From Alphaproteobacteria bacterium (GTDB taxonomy: Bacteria > Pseudomonadota > Alphaproteobacteria > UBA828): a DNA stretch of 64,000 bases. Positions 38,510-48,022 of this stretch are shown piece after piece; the first letter of the stretch is position 1; every line of letters begins with the position of its first letter. Both the position numbers and the translations under genes were made by a program. The DNA lies in the NCBI GenBank assembly GCA_965214705.1, contig OZ243972.1:1792001-1856000 (forward strand). The letters are read 5' to 3'. Under the pieces are notes generated by a model. The model was not told where the DNA came from. It ran no database searches and worked only from the letters and a program-made list of their open reading frames with translations.

Positions 38510-41500
38510 ATGCGAATCGGTTGGTCTGGAGCGTCGGACGGCAAGGCATGTGTTTCGGGTTCGGACAGCGAGCGAGTCCCTTCCGGCTCGCGCCTCGGCC
38601 CGCGCGGCGGTGCCGCTTCCCGCTCTTCCTTCCGTGCCTTCGCCGGCCTCCGCTCCGGCGCCGCGCACGCCCTCGCCGGGGCGTTCGTGCTCCTCGCCCT
38701 CGGCGTCCTCGCCGCCCCGCAGGCCGAGGCGCAGTCGGCCACTTACGTCGCCGTCATCGATGGTATTACACCTGGTCGTGGGTCGGAGGGGACGACGTTC
38801 GCGTTCCGAGTGCGGCTGGTTGACCCATCCGTAGGGTTCGTCGGGGCTCCCCCGGGCGGGCTGACGGTCAACCTGACCGTGTCCGACACGACGACAGCCG
38901 GCGCCGATTACGTGGCGCCGCAGAACGAGGGCGCGAAGACGGTGACGTTCAGGGAAGGCCAGTCGGAGGCCACGTACCGCGTCCCCACCGTCGACGACAA
39001 CCAGGACGAGCCTGACGGCACCATCAAACTCGCGCTTGCAGCCGGCAACGGCTACACGGTGAGTGAATCTCAGCCCTCTCAGACGCCGACCGTGACCGAC
39101 AACGACACGCCGGTACCCAATCTGACCGTCAACCCGGTCTCCGGCAACGGCGACAAGCTCAACGTGTCGTGGAGCGCGCCGACCGGCGTCAGTTTCACCG
39201 GATACAGTGTCCTGTGGAAGACCAGAAGCCAGACATACCTCCGCGGATCCCGTACCGGCTCCGCATCTTTCCTGGCCTCGACAACGAGCTATCAGATCAC
39301 CGGCCTGACGCCCGGCACCGAATACGACGTCCTGGTCAACGCCCTGACCCCTTCTTTTCGCGTTGTAGCCGGCTCCGGAACCTCCGCCACCACCCATTCG
39401 AACCGGGCGCCGGCGTTTTTGGCGCAGTATTACTTCTTCGAGCTGGCGGAGAACGACGACGGGAGCACGACGCCGGTGTCGCTGGGCAGCGTGTTGGCGT
39501 CGGACGCGGACGGGACCACGGTGAGCTACAGCATTACGGATGGCAACCCGGGCAACAAGTTCGCCATCTCCTCCACCGGCGCGATCACCTACACCGGCAG
39601 CGGCGAAAACTACGAGAGCTTCCGGCGCAACCGCGCGGGCTTCGGGACCCCGGACATGGCGTACGTCCTGACGGTGGAGGCGACCGATGCAGGAGGGGCG
39701 AGCGGCGCCGCGACGGTGCAGATAGAGGTGACGGACGTGGACGACCCGCCGGCCGCGCCGGCCGCGCCGACGGTGTCGCCGACGCAGTACACGACCACGA
39801 GCCTGGACGTGAACTGGGAAAGGCCGGCCAACGGCGGCCCGCCGATCACGAGCTACGACCTGCGCTACAAGAGGAGCGCGGACACGGGCTGGACGAGCGG
39901 CCCGCAGGACGTGACCGTCCCGGTTACGTTTACCAGGATGTCGGCCAGGATCACGGGGCTGACGGCGGGCACGGCGTACCAGGTGCAGGTGCGCGCGAGC
40001 AACGAAGAAGGCGACGGCCCCTGGTCGAATTCAGGGACGGGGACGACCACCGCCACTCCGCCCTCCGTAGTCGACGGCGTCACCGGGATCAACCTGACGC
40101 TCAACAGGAACAGCATCGACGAGGGCGGACAGGCGCAGTGGATCACGGCCACGGTGAGCCTGATCGGCCAGACCCGGTCGACGGCGACGAGCGTGACGAT
40201 AGACGGTGAAGGCATCACGACAGATCTCGACATCCTCACGTGGGCCATCCACAAGACCATCACCATTCCGGCCAACGCCCGTCGCGTGACGACCACCCTG
40301 GGCATCACGCCGTACGACGACTCGTACCATGAAGGCCCCGAGACTTTCAGGATCATCGCCGCCGCCGCCATCGGCGGTTATGAGCTGATCGACAAGGAGG
40401 TTGTGACCATCATCGACAACGACCTCGGGAGGCTGATCGGGCTGACCGTTACCCCGGTCCCCGGCACCACCGACTCGCTCAGAATTTCCTGGAACGCGTT
40501 TCCGGGCGCAAACGACTACCGGTTCGAGTGGAAGAGCGGCAACGCGGAATACCATCCCTCCAGCACCACAAGACTTCTTAGCGCCAACACCTCTACGACT
40601 CACTCGGGCCGGTCGCCTGGCACCACCTACACCTACCGGATCACCGCGCTGGACACGACGACCAACCCCCACACCGAGCTGGCGCAGGCCGAAGCCAGCG
40701 GGACCACCGCACTTCCGGCGATCACCAACTTTACCGTCTCGCCGGTCGATGGCGACGGGACGAAGCTCAGACTTTCCTGGGATGCGGTGCAAGGCGCAAA
40801 CAACTACCTTCTGGAGTGGAAGAGCGGCAACCAGGAGTACGCCACCACCGGCCGCCGCTCATTGGTTGGGAACGTCACCTCTGCGACGCCAACGGGCCTG
40901 TCGCCGGGCACGACCTACACCTACCGGCTCACCGCGCTGAACACGGCTACGAACCCCGACACGAAGCTGGCGCAGGCCGAAGCCAGCGGGACGACCTACG
41001 CACCACTCCCGACGATCGCCAACTTTACCGTCTCGCCGGTGTCTGGCGAGCCGACGAAGCTCAGCCTTCGCTGGGATTCGGTGCAAGGCGCCGGCAAATA
41101 CCGCCTGGAGTGGAAGAGCGGCGACCAGGAATACAATAGCGTTCGTAGCTCAAGTGTTACCATCACCTCTGCGACGCTAACGGGCCTGTCGTCGAGCACC
41201 ACCTACACCGTCAGGGTTACCGCGCTGAACACGGCCACCAACCCCGACACCGAGCTGGCGCAGGCCGAAGGCAGCGGGACCACCGCACTCCCGACGATCG
41301 CCAACTTCACCGTCTCGCCAGTGATGGGCGACGGGACGAAGCTCAGACTTTCCTGGGATACGGTGCAAGGCGCAAACAACTACCTTCTGCAGTGGAAGAG
41401 CGGCAACCAGGAGTACGTCAACACCGGCCGCCGCTCATTGGTTGGCAACGTCACCTCTGCGACGCCAACGGGCCTGTCGCCGGGCACGACCTACACCTAC

Positions 41501-44326
41501 CGGCTCACCGCGCTGAACACGGCTACGGACCCCGACACCGAGCTGGCACAGGCCGAAGCCAGCGGGACCACGGTGGCTGCCACCGGCACGGGGCAGGCGC
41601 AGATCACGGTCTACCACGACCCGCGCCCCTCGGATGCGTCGGCCGCGGCGGGGAGCCGCTACGACTCAGGCGTAGCGCTGCTCAAGGCGGCCAGCCGGTC
41701 CTACGCGGTGCGCACGGTGACGGGCACCGGCACGGTGGACGACCTCGCCGGGGTCGAGAACTCGGTGCTGCCGCGCTTCTTCCTGGGCGACCCGACGGAA
41801 GAGGGCTGGGGTCCCTCGGAGCCGGGGGTCAACAACGGCGGCCTGAAGTGGCTGCGGAAGGTGCTCGAGGAACAGCAGGAATCGTCGCCTCCGCCCGCGC
41901 CGACGGTGACCGTCGAGGCCGGCGCGGCGGTGGACGAGGGGACGGCGGCGTCGTTCACGGTGACGTTCTCGCAAGCGGCGCCGGCGGACGGGCTGACGCT
42001 CGCCTACACCGTGTCCGAGGACGGCGCCTTCGTGGCGGCCTCTGACGAGGGCGCGAAGACCCTCGCCATCGCCGGAGGCGCGACCAGTGCCACGCTCAGC
42101 GTGGCGACGGCGGACGACGACGGGGACGAGGCGGACGGCAAGGTGACGGTGACGCTCGATGCCGGCACCGGCTACGAGGTCGGCGACCCCGCGAGCGCGT
42201 CGGTGACGGTGCGCGACGACGACGAGCCCGTGGCGGCGCCGGCCGCGTTCACCGTCTACCACGACCCGAACGCCGGCGCCGCGGCGGTGACCCGCTACAA
42301 CACGGCGCTCACGCTGCTCAAGGCGGCAGGCCGGACCTACGCGGTGCGCACCGTGTCGGGGACGGCCAAGGTGGACGACCTCGCCGGGGTGTCCGGCTCG
42401 GTGATGCCGCGCTTCTTCCTGGGCGATCCCGAGGCGGAGGGCTGGGGACCGGCGCGGGCCAAGGTCAACAACGGCGGCCTCAAGTGGCTGCGCTCGGCGC
42501 TGGGGCAGACGCAGGCGGCCTCGGCGTCCGCCGGGACGGTGTCGGTGTCGGTGGCGGACGCCTCGGCGCGCGAAGCGTCCGGCTCGATCGCGTTCGCGGT
42601 GACCCTGTCCGCGGCGGCGCGCGAAGCGGTGTCGGTGGACTGGGCGACGCGGGACGGCACGGCGACTTCGGGCACGGATTACACGGCGGCAAGCGGCACG
42701 CTCACCTTCGCCACGGGCGAGACGCGCAAGTCGGTAACCGTCACCCTCCTCGACGACGTGCATGACGAGGGCACGGAGACCTTCTCGCTGGTGCTGAGCA
42801 ACCCGCGTCCGGGGGACGCGGCGACGCTCGCGGACGGGACGGCGACGGGCACGATCTCGAACGCCGACCCGCTGCAGAAGGACTGGCTGGCGCGGTTCGG
42901 CCGCGCGGTGGCTTCGGATGCCATCGCCGCGGTGACGGTGCGGCTGGAGGTGCCGCGGGACGCGGGCTCGCACTTCACGCTGGGCGGGCACCGCATGGCG
43001 CTCGACGGCTCCGGGGGGGAACCCGGCCTGCCGCCGGCGCCGGCGTTCGGACCCGGCACCGCGTCGTGGCTCACCTGGTCCGGCGACCCGGCCGGGGACC
43101 GCTCGCGGACGATGACCACGCGCGAGCTGCTGCTCGGCACGTCGTTCCGCGCGGTGCTCGGGCAGGGCGCGGGCTCGCAGTTCACGAGCTGGGGCCAGGG
43201 CGCGTCGGTGTCGCAGTTCTCCAGCGCCGGTACGGGCCTCAGCCTGAGCGGCGAGGCGGCGACCGGTGCCATGGGCATGGACTACGAGCGCGGGCGCCTG
43301 CTGACCGGGTTCGCGATGACGCACAGCGTCGGCGAGGGCACGGCGCAGGGCGCGGGCCGGGTCTACGCGATGGGGAGCTCGGTGACGACGATGCTGCCCT
43401 ATGCGCGGCTCAGGCTCTCCGAGCGCCTGTCGGCCTGGGGTCTGGCGGGGACGGGCAGCGGAAGCCTCTCGCTGGAGCTCGACGGCGGTCCGGCGGAGCG
43501 CTACGGCACGGACCTGTCGATGACGCTGGCCGCGATGGGCATGCGGGGCGAGCTGGTGACGCCTGCGGAGGCGGACGGGTTCGCGCTGGCGCTCAAGGCG
43601 GACGCGTTCTGGGTCCGGACGGAGTCGGACAGGGCCTCGGTGCCCGGCGTGGGCAACCTCGCCGGCGCGCAGGCCGAGGCGAGCCGCGTCCGGGCGGTGC
43701 TGGACGGATCAAGGAAGTTCGCGCTCGCTGACGGCGGGACGCTGACGCCGTCGGCGACGCTGGGCTTGCGCCACGACGGGGGCGACGCGGAGACCGGGAC
43801 GGGCGTGGAGCTCGGCGCCGGCATCGGCTACGCCGACCCGTCGCGGGGCCTCGACATGGCGCTCCGGGTGCACGGTCTCGCGGCGCATGCCGCGGACGGC
43901 TACTCGGAGTGGGGCGTGTCGGGGTCGATCCGGCTGGTGCCGGGCGGCGCCGGACGCGGCCTGTCGATGTCGCTCACGCCGTCTCACGGCGTGGATCCGG
44001 GCAGCAAGGAGCCGCTGTGGATGCTGTCGGACGCGTCGGGGCTGGCGGCGAACGACGACGCGCCGCTGTCGAGCCGGCTCGATGCGGAGCTCGGCTACGG
44101 CATCGCGCTGTTCGGCGGGGGCTTCACGGGCACGCCCAATGTCGGGTTCGGTCTGTCGGACACGATGCGGGAGTACCGCATGGGCTGGCGTCTGAGCTCG
44201 GCGCGGCCGGGCGACGCCGGGGGCTTCGAGCTCAGCCTCGACGCCGCGCGGCGCGAGGCCGCGAACGACCCCGGAGCGAGCGAGCCCGAGCACAGGATCG
44301 GCTTCGGTCTCACCGCGCGCTGGTAG
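38510..44326 (+). CDS. Giant secreted adhesin/autotransporter: Calx-beta, FN3 (about 6), cadherin, two novel repeats, C-terminal beta-barrel
   Basis: Signal peptide ending QAEA; ITGLTPGTEY-type FN3, N-x-AP-x-F cadherin, DYTAASGTLTF Calx-beta; WLARFGR linker; ends GFGLTARW. Start codon uncertain. Confidence 0.88.
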   Translation: MRIGWSGASDGKACVSGSDSERVPSGSRLGPRGGAASRSSFRAFAGLRSGAAHALAGAFVLLALGVLAAPQAEAQSATYVAVIDGITPGRGSEGTTFAFRVRLVDPSVGFVGAPPGGLTVNLTVSDTTTAGADYVAPQNEGAKTVTFREGQSEATYRVPTVDDNQDEPDGTIKLALAAGNGYTVSESQPSQTPTVTDNDTPVPNLTVNPVSGNGDKLNVSWSAPTGVSFTGYSVLWKTRSQTYLRGSRTGSASFLASTTSYQITGLTPGTEYDVLVNALTPSFRVVAGSGTSATTHSNRAPAFLAQYYFFELAENDDGSTTPVSLGSVLASDADGTTVSYSITDGNPGNKFAISSTGAITYTGSGENYESFRRNRAGFGTPDMAYVLTVEATDAGGASGAATVQIEVTDVDDPPAAPAAPTVSPTQYTTTSLDVNWERPANGGPPITSYDLRYKRSADTGWTSGPQDVTVPVTFTRMSARITGLTAGTAYQVQVRASNEEGDGPWSNSGTGTTTATPPSVVDGVTGINLTLNRNSIDEGGQAQWITATVSLIGQTRSTATSVTIDGEGITTDLDILTWAIHKTITIPANARRVTTTLGITPYDDSYHEGPETFRIIAAAAIGGYELIDKEVVTIIDNDLGRLIGLTVTPVPGTTDSLRISWNAFPGANDYRFEWKSGNAEYHPSSTTRLLSANTSTTHSGRSPGTTYTYRITALDTTTNPHTELAQAEASGTTALPAITNFTVSPVDGDGTKLRLSWDAVQGANNYLLEWKSGNQEYATTGRRSLVGNVTSATPTGLSPGTTYTYRLTALNTATNPDTKLAQAEASGTTYAPLPTIANFTVSPVSGEPTKLSLRWDSVQGAGKYRLEWKSGDQEYNSVRSSSVTITSATLTGLSSSTTYTVRVTALNTATNPDTELAQAEGSGTTALPTIANFTVSPVMGDGTKLRLSWDTVQGANNYLLQWKSGNQEYVNTGRRSLVGNVTSATPTGLSPGTTYTYRLTALNTATDPDTELAQAEASGTTVAATGTGQAQITVYHDPRPSDASAAAGSRYDSGVALLKAASRSYAVRTVTGTGTVDDLAGVENSVLPRFFLGDPTEEGWGPSEPGVNNGGLKWLRKVLEEQQESSPPPAPTVTVEAGAAVDEGTAASFTVTFSQAAPADGLTLAYTVSEDGAFVAASDEGAKTLAIAGGATSATLSVATADDDGDEADGKVTVTLDAGTGYEVGDPASASVTVRDDDEPVAAPAAFTVYHDPNAGAAAVTRYNTALTLLKAAGRTYAVRTVSGTAKVDDLAGVSGSVMPRFFLGDPEAEGWGPARAKVNNGGLKWLRSALGQTQAASASAGTVSVSVADASAREASGSIAFAVTLSAAAREAVSVDWATRDGTATSGTDYTAASGTLTFATGETRKSVTVTLLDDVHDEGTETFSLVLSNPRPGDAATLADGTATGTISNADPLQKDWLARFGRAVASDAIAAVTVRLEVPRDAGSHFTLGGHRMALDGSGGEPGLPPAPAFGPGTASWLTWSGDPAGDRSRTMTTRELLLGTSFRAVLGQGAGSQFTSWGQGASVSQFSSAGTGLSLSGEAATGAMGMDYERGRLLTGFAMTHSVGEGTAQGAGRVYAMGSSVTTMLPYARLRLSERLSAWGLAGTGSGSLSLELDGGPAERYGTDLSMTLAAMGMRGELVTPAEADGFALALKADAFWVRTESDRASVPGVGNLAGAQAEASRVRAVLDGSRKFALADGGTLTPSATLGLRHDGGDAETGTGVELGAGIGYADPSRGLDMALRVHGLAAHAADGYSEWGVSGSIRLVPGGAGRGLSMSLTPSHGVDPGSKEPLWMLSDASGLAANDDAPLSSRLDAELGYGIALFGGGFTGTPNVGFGLSDTMREYRMGWRLSSARPGDAGGFELSLDAARREAANDPGASEPEHRIGFGLTARW
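40430..41575 (+). repeat. Four tandem ~290-bp FN3 repeat units; units 2 and 4 nearly identical
   Basis: Recurrent NFTVSPV..LRLSWD..WKSGNQEY..GLSPGTTYTYR..ELAQAEASGTT. Confidence 0.88.
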
Positions 44327-44372
44327 CGGCCCGGCGCCGGGAAGGCCGGTCCGCCGGTGAGGCCGATCCGCG

Positions 44373-45106
44373 ATGGACAGCGGGACGCGCACATGGAAGC
44401 TGCTGTGCGGGCTTGAGGCCTACCGGGCGGCGTACGAGGCGCACGCGGCGCCTCCGGGGTTCGAGAGGGAGACCGCGTTCCCGGTGCGTGTCCAGTCGAA
44501 GGCGGACCTTGCGGCGCGGGATCCCTGGCGGATCGAGGCGTGGGAGAACCCGTTTGCGCGGGACGGCCCGGCTTCGCCGTTCCTTGCCGGCGAAGCGATG
44601 CTGGAGGCCGAGGGCTCGGCGCGGGCTTCGCCGCTCGTGCCGTTTCTCGCGGCCGCGGGCGCGCGCATCGACGGGCTCAGGCTTCTGGACGGGACGCTGA
44701 TCGTGAAGGTCGAGCAGGCCGGGCGGGCGGTGCAGGTCCGGGTGACGAACGAGGGTCCGCTGCTCGCCGGCGGGGGCCTCCGGCTCTATCACGACTACGG
44801 GCTGGAGCTGCCCATGGAGATCGCCCGCCTGGAGGACCTGTGGAGCGTCTCGGGGGGACCGGCCCCTCGGCGAGGGCGGGTTCGGTGGGCGAGGAACGGG
44901 AATTGTTGATACTGCTGGCGGCAAACCGGGCGAAGATGACGTCGCAGCGCGAGATCGCGGTCGCATACTGGGGCCTCGAGGAAGTCGCGAAGCACTGGGA
45001 CACGGCCGACTGGATGCGCGCCCGGGTGCGCTACCGGCTGGACGTGGCGCGCGGGATCGAGCGCCGGCGCCGGGCAGACGGCGGCCCGGAGGCGGACGGG
45101 GGCTGA
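44373..45106 (+). CDS. FseA/DUF2285-like transcriptional activator split by a -1 frameshift (44373-44909, then a frame ending at 45106)
   Basis: N-part TWKLL..YRAAY..W..WENP. C-part ELLILLAA..SQREIAVAYWG..W...DWMRARVRYRL resembles the DUF2285 HTH. Lies upstream of an excisionase. Confidence 0.6.
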
Positions 45107-45815
45107 CCGCGCCGCTGCCGGCGCGGTTGTGGAATCCCGGAACGATCCGCACGGCGGGGGTTGTTTCCTCGCGGACGCGCCCGGCGGCGGAGTGGCGAGG
45201 CGCCGGCGGCAACCCGACTGCGTGGCATCGCTCCGGGGTGGCCGCCTCGGGTGAACCCGCCCGGCCGCGCCGGATGAGCTGCGTCGGCTGAAGGGGCGGT
45301 ATCCGGCTCAGGCATCCCGGCTGCCGGTCATCCCCGGCGTATCCCGGTTCTTCTTCCGCTCCGCCTGCCCCGGGTCGCGCAGCTTTTGGACTTGGAGCCG
45401 CCCCCTGTACCTCTGACGGCGGCTCGGGCGCGGCGCTCGCGCGACAGCGATGCGCCGCGGTCCCGCAGCGCGCCGCATGGCGCATTCCGGATCCGCACCG
45501 CCCGGGCGGATGCCGCCCTCTCTCCCGATTCGCCCCGCAGGCCTTCCGTCAGGACCGCGAACGCGCTTCTGCGGCCCGTCCGGTGCGCGAAACCGTCCGT
45601 CGGTCCGCCGGGGCGCGTTCGTAGCTCAGGCGGCCTCAGGCGTCGCGAGGCGCCGTGAGGCGCCGTCTGCCGGGGGGAGAATTTCGGCCCCCGTTTTTCT
45701 CCGTGTCGGCAAGCGCCCGCTTTCGCTTGGATGACCGCGCATGGGCGCCCGGCAGCTCGCGGGCGCCACGGGGTTCGGAGATCCCGGAACGGGTCCGGGG
45801 CAGGAGGAGAACACG

Positions 45816-46052
45816 ATGGCGGACGAGAAGAAGTACCTGTCGACGCGCAAGGCGGCGAGGCATCTGGGCCTGTCGCCGCGCACGCTCGACCGCTACCGGG
45901 TGACGGGCGGCGGGCCGGTGTACCACCAGTTCGGCACGGCGGTGCGCTACCTGGCCGAGGATCTGGACGAGTGGTCCAGGACGCGGCGGCGGCGCTCGAC
46001 GTCGGACGACGGGTCGCTCCCGCGGCCCGCGCCCGCGGGAGCGGGACAATGA
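45816..46052 (+). CDS. Excisionase/RdfS-like HTH_17 DNA-binding protein
   Basis: YLSTRKAARHLGLSPRTLDRYRVTGGGP..VRY..DLDEW; AGGAGG RBS. Confidence 0.85.
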   Translation: MADEKKYLSTRKAARHLGLSPRTLDRYRVTGGGPVYHQFGTAVRYLAEDLDEWSRTRRRRSTSDDGSLPRPAPAGAGQ

Positions 46053-46363
46053 GCGCCCGGGGCCGGGGATGGACGCGCGCGGGCCTCGGCATGGCGGCGT
46101 TCGCGGCGGCCACCGTGCTGGCGGGAGCGGACGCCGCGTTCGCCACGACGGACACTACCTTCGACAATCCGCTCGACACGGTGGAGGGCATCGTGGGCGG
46201 CACCGGCGGCCAGCTCGCCGCCGCGCTCGCCGTGGGCGCCGCGCTGGTCGGCTCGGTGCTGCGCTTCAACGCCATGCAGCTGATGGGCGCGGTCGGCGTC
46301 GGCATCGCGGCCGGCGCCGGCACCGGGATCGTCACCGGCCTGGTCGGCACGGCGATCGTCTGA
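46049..46363 (+). CDS. traA: Conjugative pilin
   Basis: Leader plus two hydrophobic helices; position before traL. Confidence 0.75.
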   Translation: MSARGRGWTRAGLGMAAFAAATVLAGADAAFATTDTTFDNPLDTVEGIVGGTGGQLAAALAVGAALVGSVLRFNAMQLMGAVGVGIAAGAGTGIVTGLVGTAIV

Positions 46364-46656
46364 TGAACGACGCGGCCCGCCACACCATCCCGCGCCGGCT
46401 CGACGACCCGGAGCGCTGGCTGTTCTGGACCGTCGACGAGGCGGCCGCCCTGATGGGACCCGCCCTGCTCGGGCTGGCGGCCAACCAGTTCGTGCCGGGG
46501 CTGGTCGCGGGCGTCGGCGGCTGGCTGCTGCTGCGGCGCGTCAAGCGCGGCGGCGGCGCCAACATCGCGCGCTACGCGCTTTACTGGTTCCTGCCGGACT
46601 TCGTGCTGCGTTTGAAGGCGACGCCGCCGAGCCACCTCCGGCGCTTCGTCGGCTGA
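46363..46656 (+). CDS. traL: F-type T4SS TraL
   Basis: IPRRLDDPERWLFWTVDE..LYWFLP..PPS..R.F.G. Confidence 0.9.
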   Translation: MNDAARHTIPRRLDDPERWLFWTVDEAAALMGPALLGLAANQFVPGLVAGVGGWLLLRRVKRGGGANIARYALYWFLPDFVLRLKATPPSHLRRFVG

Positions 46657-46664
46657 GGCGGGCG

Positions 46665-47237
46665 ATGCGGCGCATCGAAATGGACTCCGCCCTCCGCCGG
46701 GTGCGGGACGTGCGGCTCGCGCTGGCGGGCCTGCTCGTGCTGTCGATGACCGCCAACCTGATGCTCACGATGAGCTTCGCCGGGCGCGAGACGGTGACCG
46801 TGCTGGTGCCGGCGGCGGCGGGTCCGGCGTGGGAAGTGAGCGGCAGCGGCGCCGGCGCGGGCCTGGCGGGCGCCCGGTATCTCGAGGACATGGCGCGCAC
46901 GGCGGCGGTGACTCTGCTCACGCTGACGCCCGAGAACGCAACCCATGTGCGCCTCGCGGCCGCGCGGCTTGCCCACGCCTCGGCGCGGGGCGCGATCGGC
47001 GCGTGGGTCGAGGCCGAGGCGGACCGCATGGCCGGGCGCGACATGGCGAGCGCGTTCTATCCCGCGGAAATCCAGGCCGACCCCGAACGGCTCAGCGTGG
47101 AGATCGCGGGCGAGCTCGTGACCTGGATCGGGCGCGAGGAGTCCTCGCGCGAGGACCGGCGCTACCGGCTGGCGTTCCGCGTCGATGCCGGGCGGATCGG
47201 GCTGCTGCGCTTCGAACAGATGGAGAGTGAAAAATGA
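46665..47237 (+). CDS. traE: F-type T4SS TraE
   Basis: N-terminal TM, TVLVP, YLEDMA..LTLTP, SAFYP and GELVTWIG. Confidence 0.88.
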   Translation: MRRIEMDSALRRVRDVRLALAGLLVLSMTANLMLTMSFAGRETVTVLVPAAAGPAWEVSGSGAGAGLAGARYLEDMARTAAVTLLTLTPENATHVRLAAARLAHASARGAIGAWVEAEADRMAGRDMASAFYPAEIQADPERLSVEIAGELVTWIGREESSREDRRYRLAFRVDAGRIGLLRFEQMESEK

Positions 47238-48022
47238 CGATTATCGGTTCGCGCCCGCGCGCGGCGCTCCTTGCCCTGCACATCGTTGTCATGGGCGCGC
47301 TCGCGACGCCGCTTCCCGCGCTGGCGATGCAGATCCTCGATGCGGCGGACCATGCCGAGCTCGCCGCGGAAATCTCCGCAACGGGCGTCAACCGGATCGC
47401 GCTGGCGGGCGACCGGATCGTGAAGGTGGTGCGTGCCCCGGACGGGTTCGCGGTCGAGCACGACGCCGCCTCGGGGGACCTCTATCTGAGGTCCGCGCAC
47501 CCCTCGCCGTCCGCCGAAACGTCCGGGCATGAGCCCGTCACGCTGTTCATCGGCACGGAGAGGGGCTTCACCTACCGGCTGACGCTGACCCCGGCGGACC
47601 GCGCATCCGCGCAGATCCTGATCCGCAACGCGGCGGCCCTGCCGGGGCCCGGCGAAATCTCCGGTGCCGGCGCTCCGGTGGCGACATCCGAGCCTCGCGT
47701 ATCGGCGCTGCTGCGGCTGGTGCGCGCGGTGGCGCGCCGCGAGCTGCCGCCGGGCCACGCAATTGTCGTCGCGGACCAAGCGGAGGCATCCGGGCTGAGG
47801 CTCATCGAGACCTGGCGGGGTCCGCGCTTCGCGGCGCTCGTCTTCGAGGCCGCACGTCCGGCATCGGTCGGTGCGGACGGGCTTGCGGGCCTCGCCGGGA
47901 CCATCGGGAGCCTGCCGGGCGCCGGCCGGGTCGCCGCGCTGTGGCTCGCGGCGCCCCGCACCGGGCCGTCCGGCGGGCGGCTGGTCGTGGCGGTGACCGA
48001 AGCCGCCGGAGGCCCGCGATGA
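47234..48022 (+). CDS. traK: F-type T4SS TraK
   Basis: Signal peptide, ISATGVNRI, GDLYL and LFIGTERGFTY.L.L.P. Confidence 0.85.
   Translation: MTIIGSRPRAALLALHIVVMGALATPLPALAMQILDAADHAELAAEISATGVNRIALAGDRIVKVVRAPDGFAVEHDAASGDLYLRSAHPSPSAETSGHEPVTLFIGTERGFTYRLTLTPADRASAQILIRNAAALPGPGEISGAGAPVATSEPRVSALLRLVRAVARRELPPGHAIVVADQAEASGLRLIETWRGPRFAALVFEAARPASVGADGLAGLAGTIGSLPGAGRVAALWLAAPRTGPSGGRLVVAVTEAAGGPR

Noticed and set aside
40430-41575. CRISPR array or DGR template/variable repeat pair
   Set aside because: The repeats are ~290-bp in-frame coding FN3 units; there are no spacers, cas genes, reverse transcriptase or adenine-specific variation.
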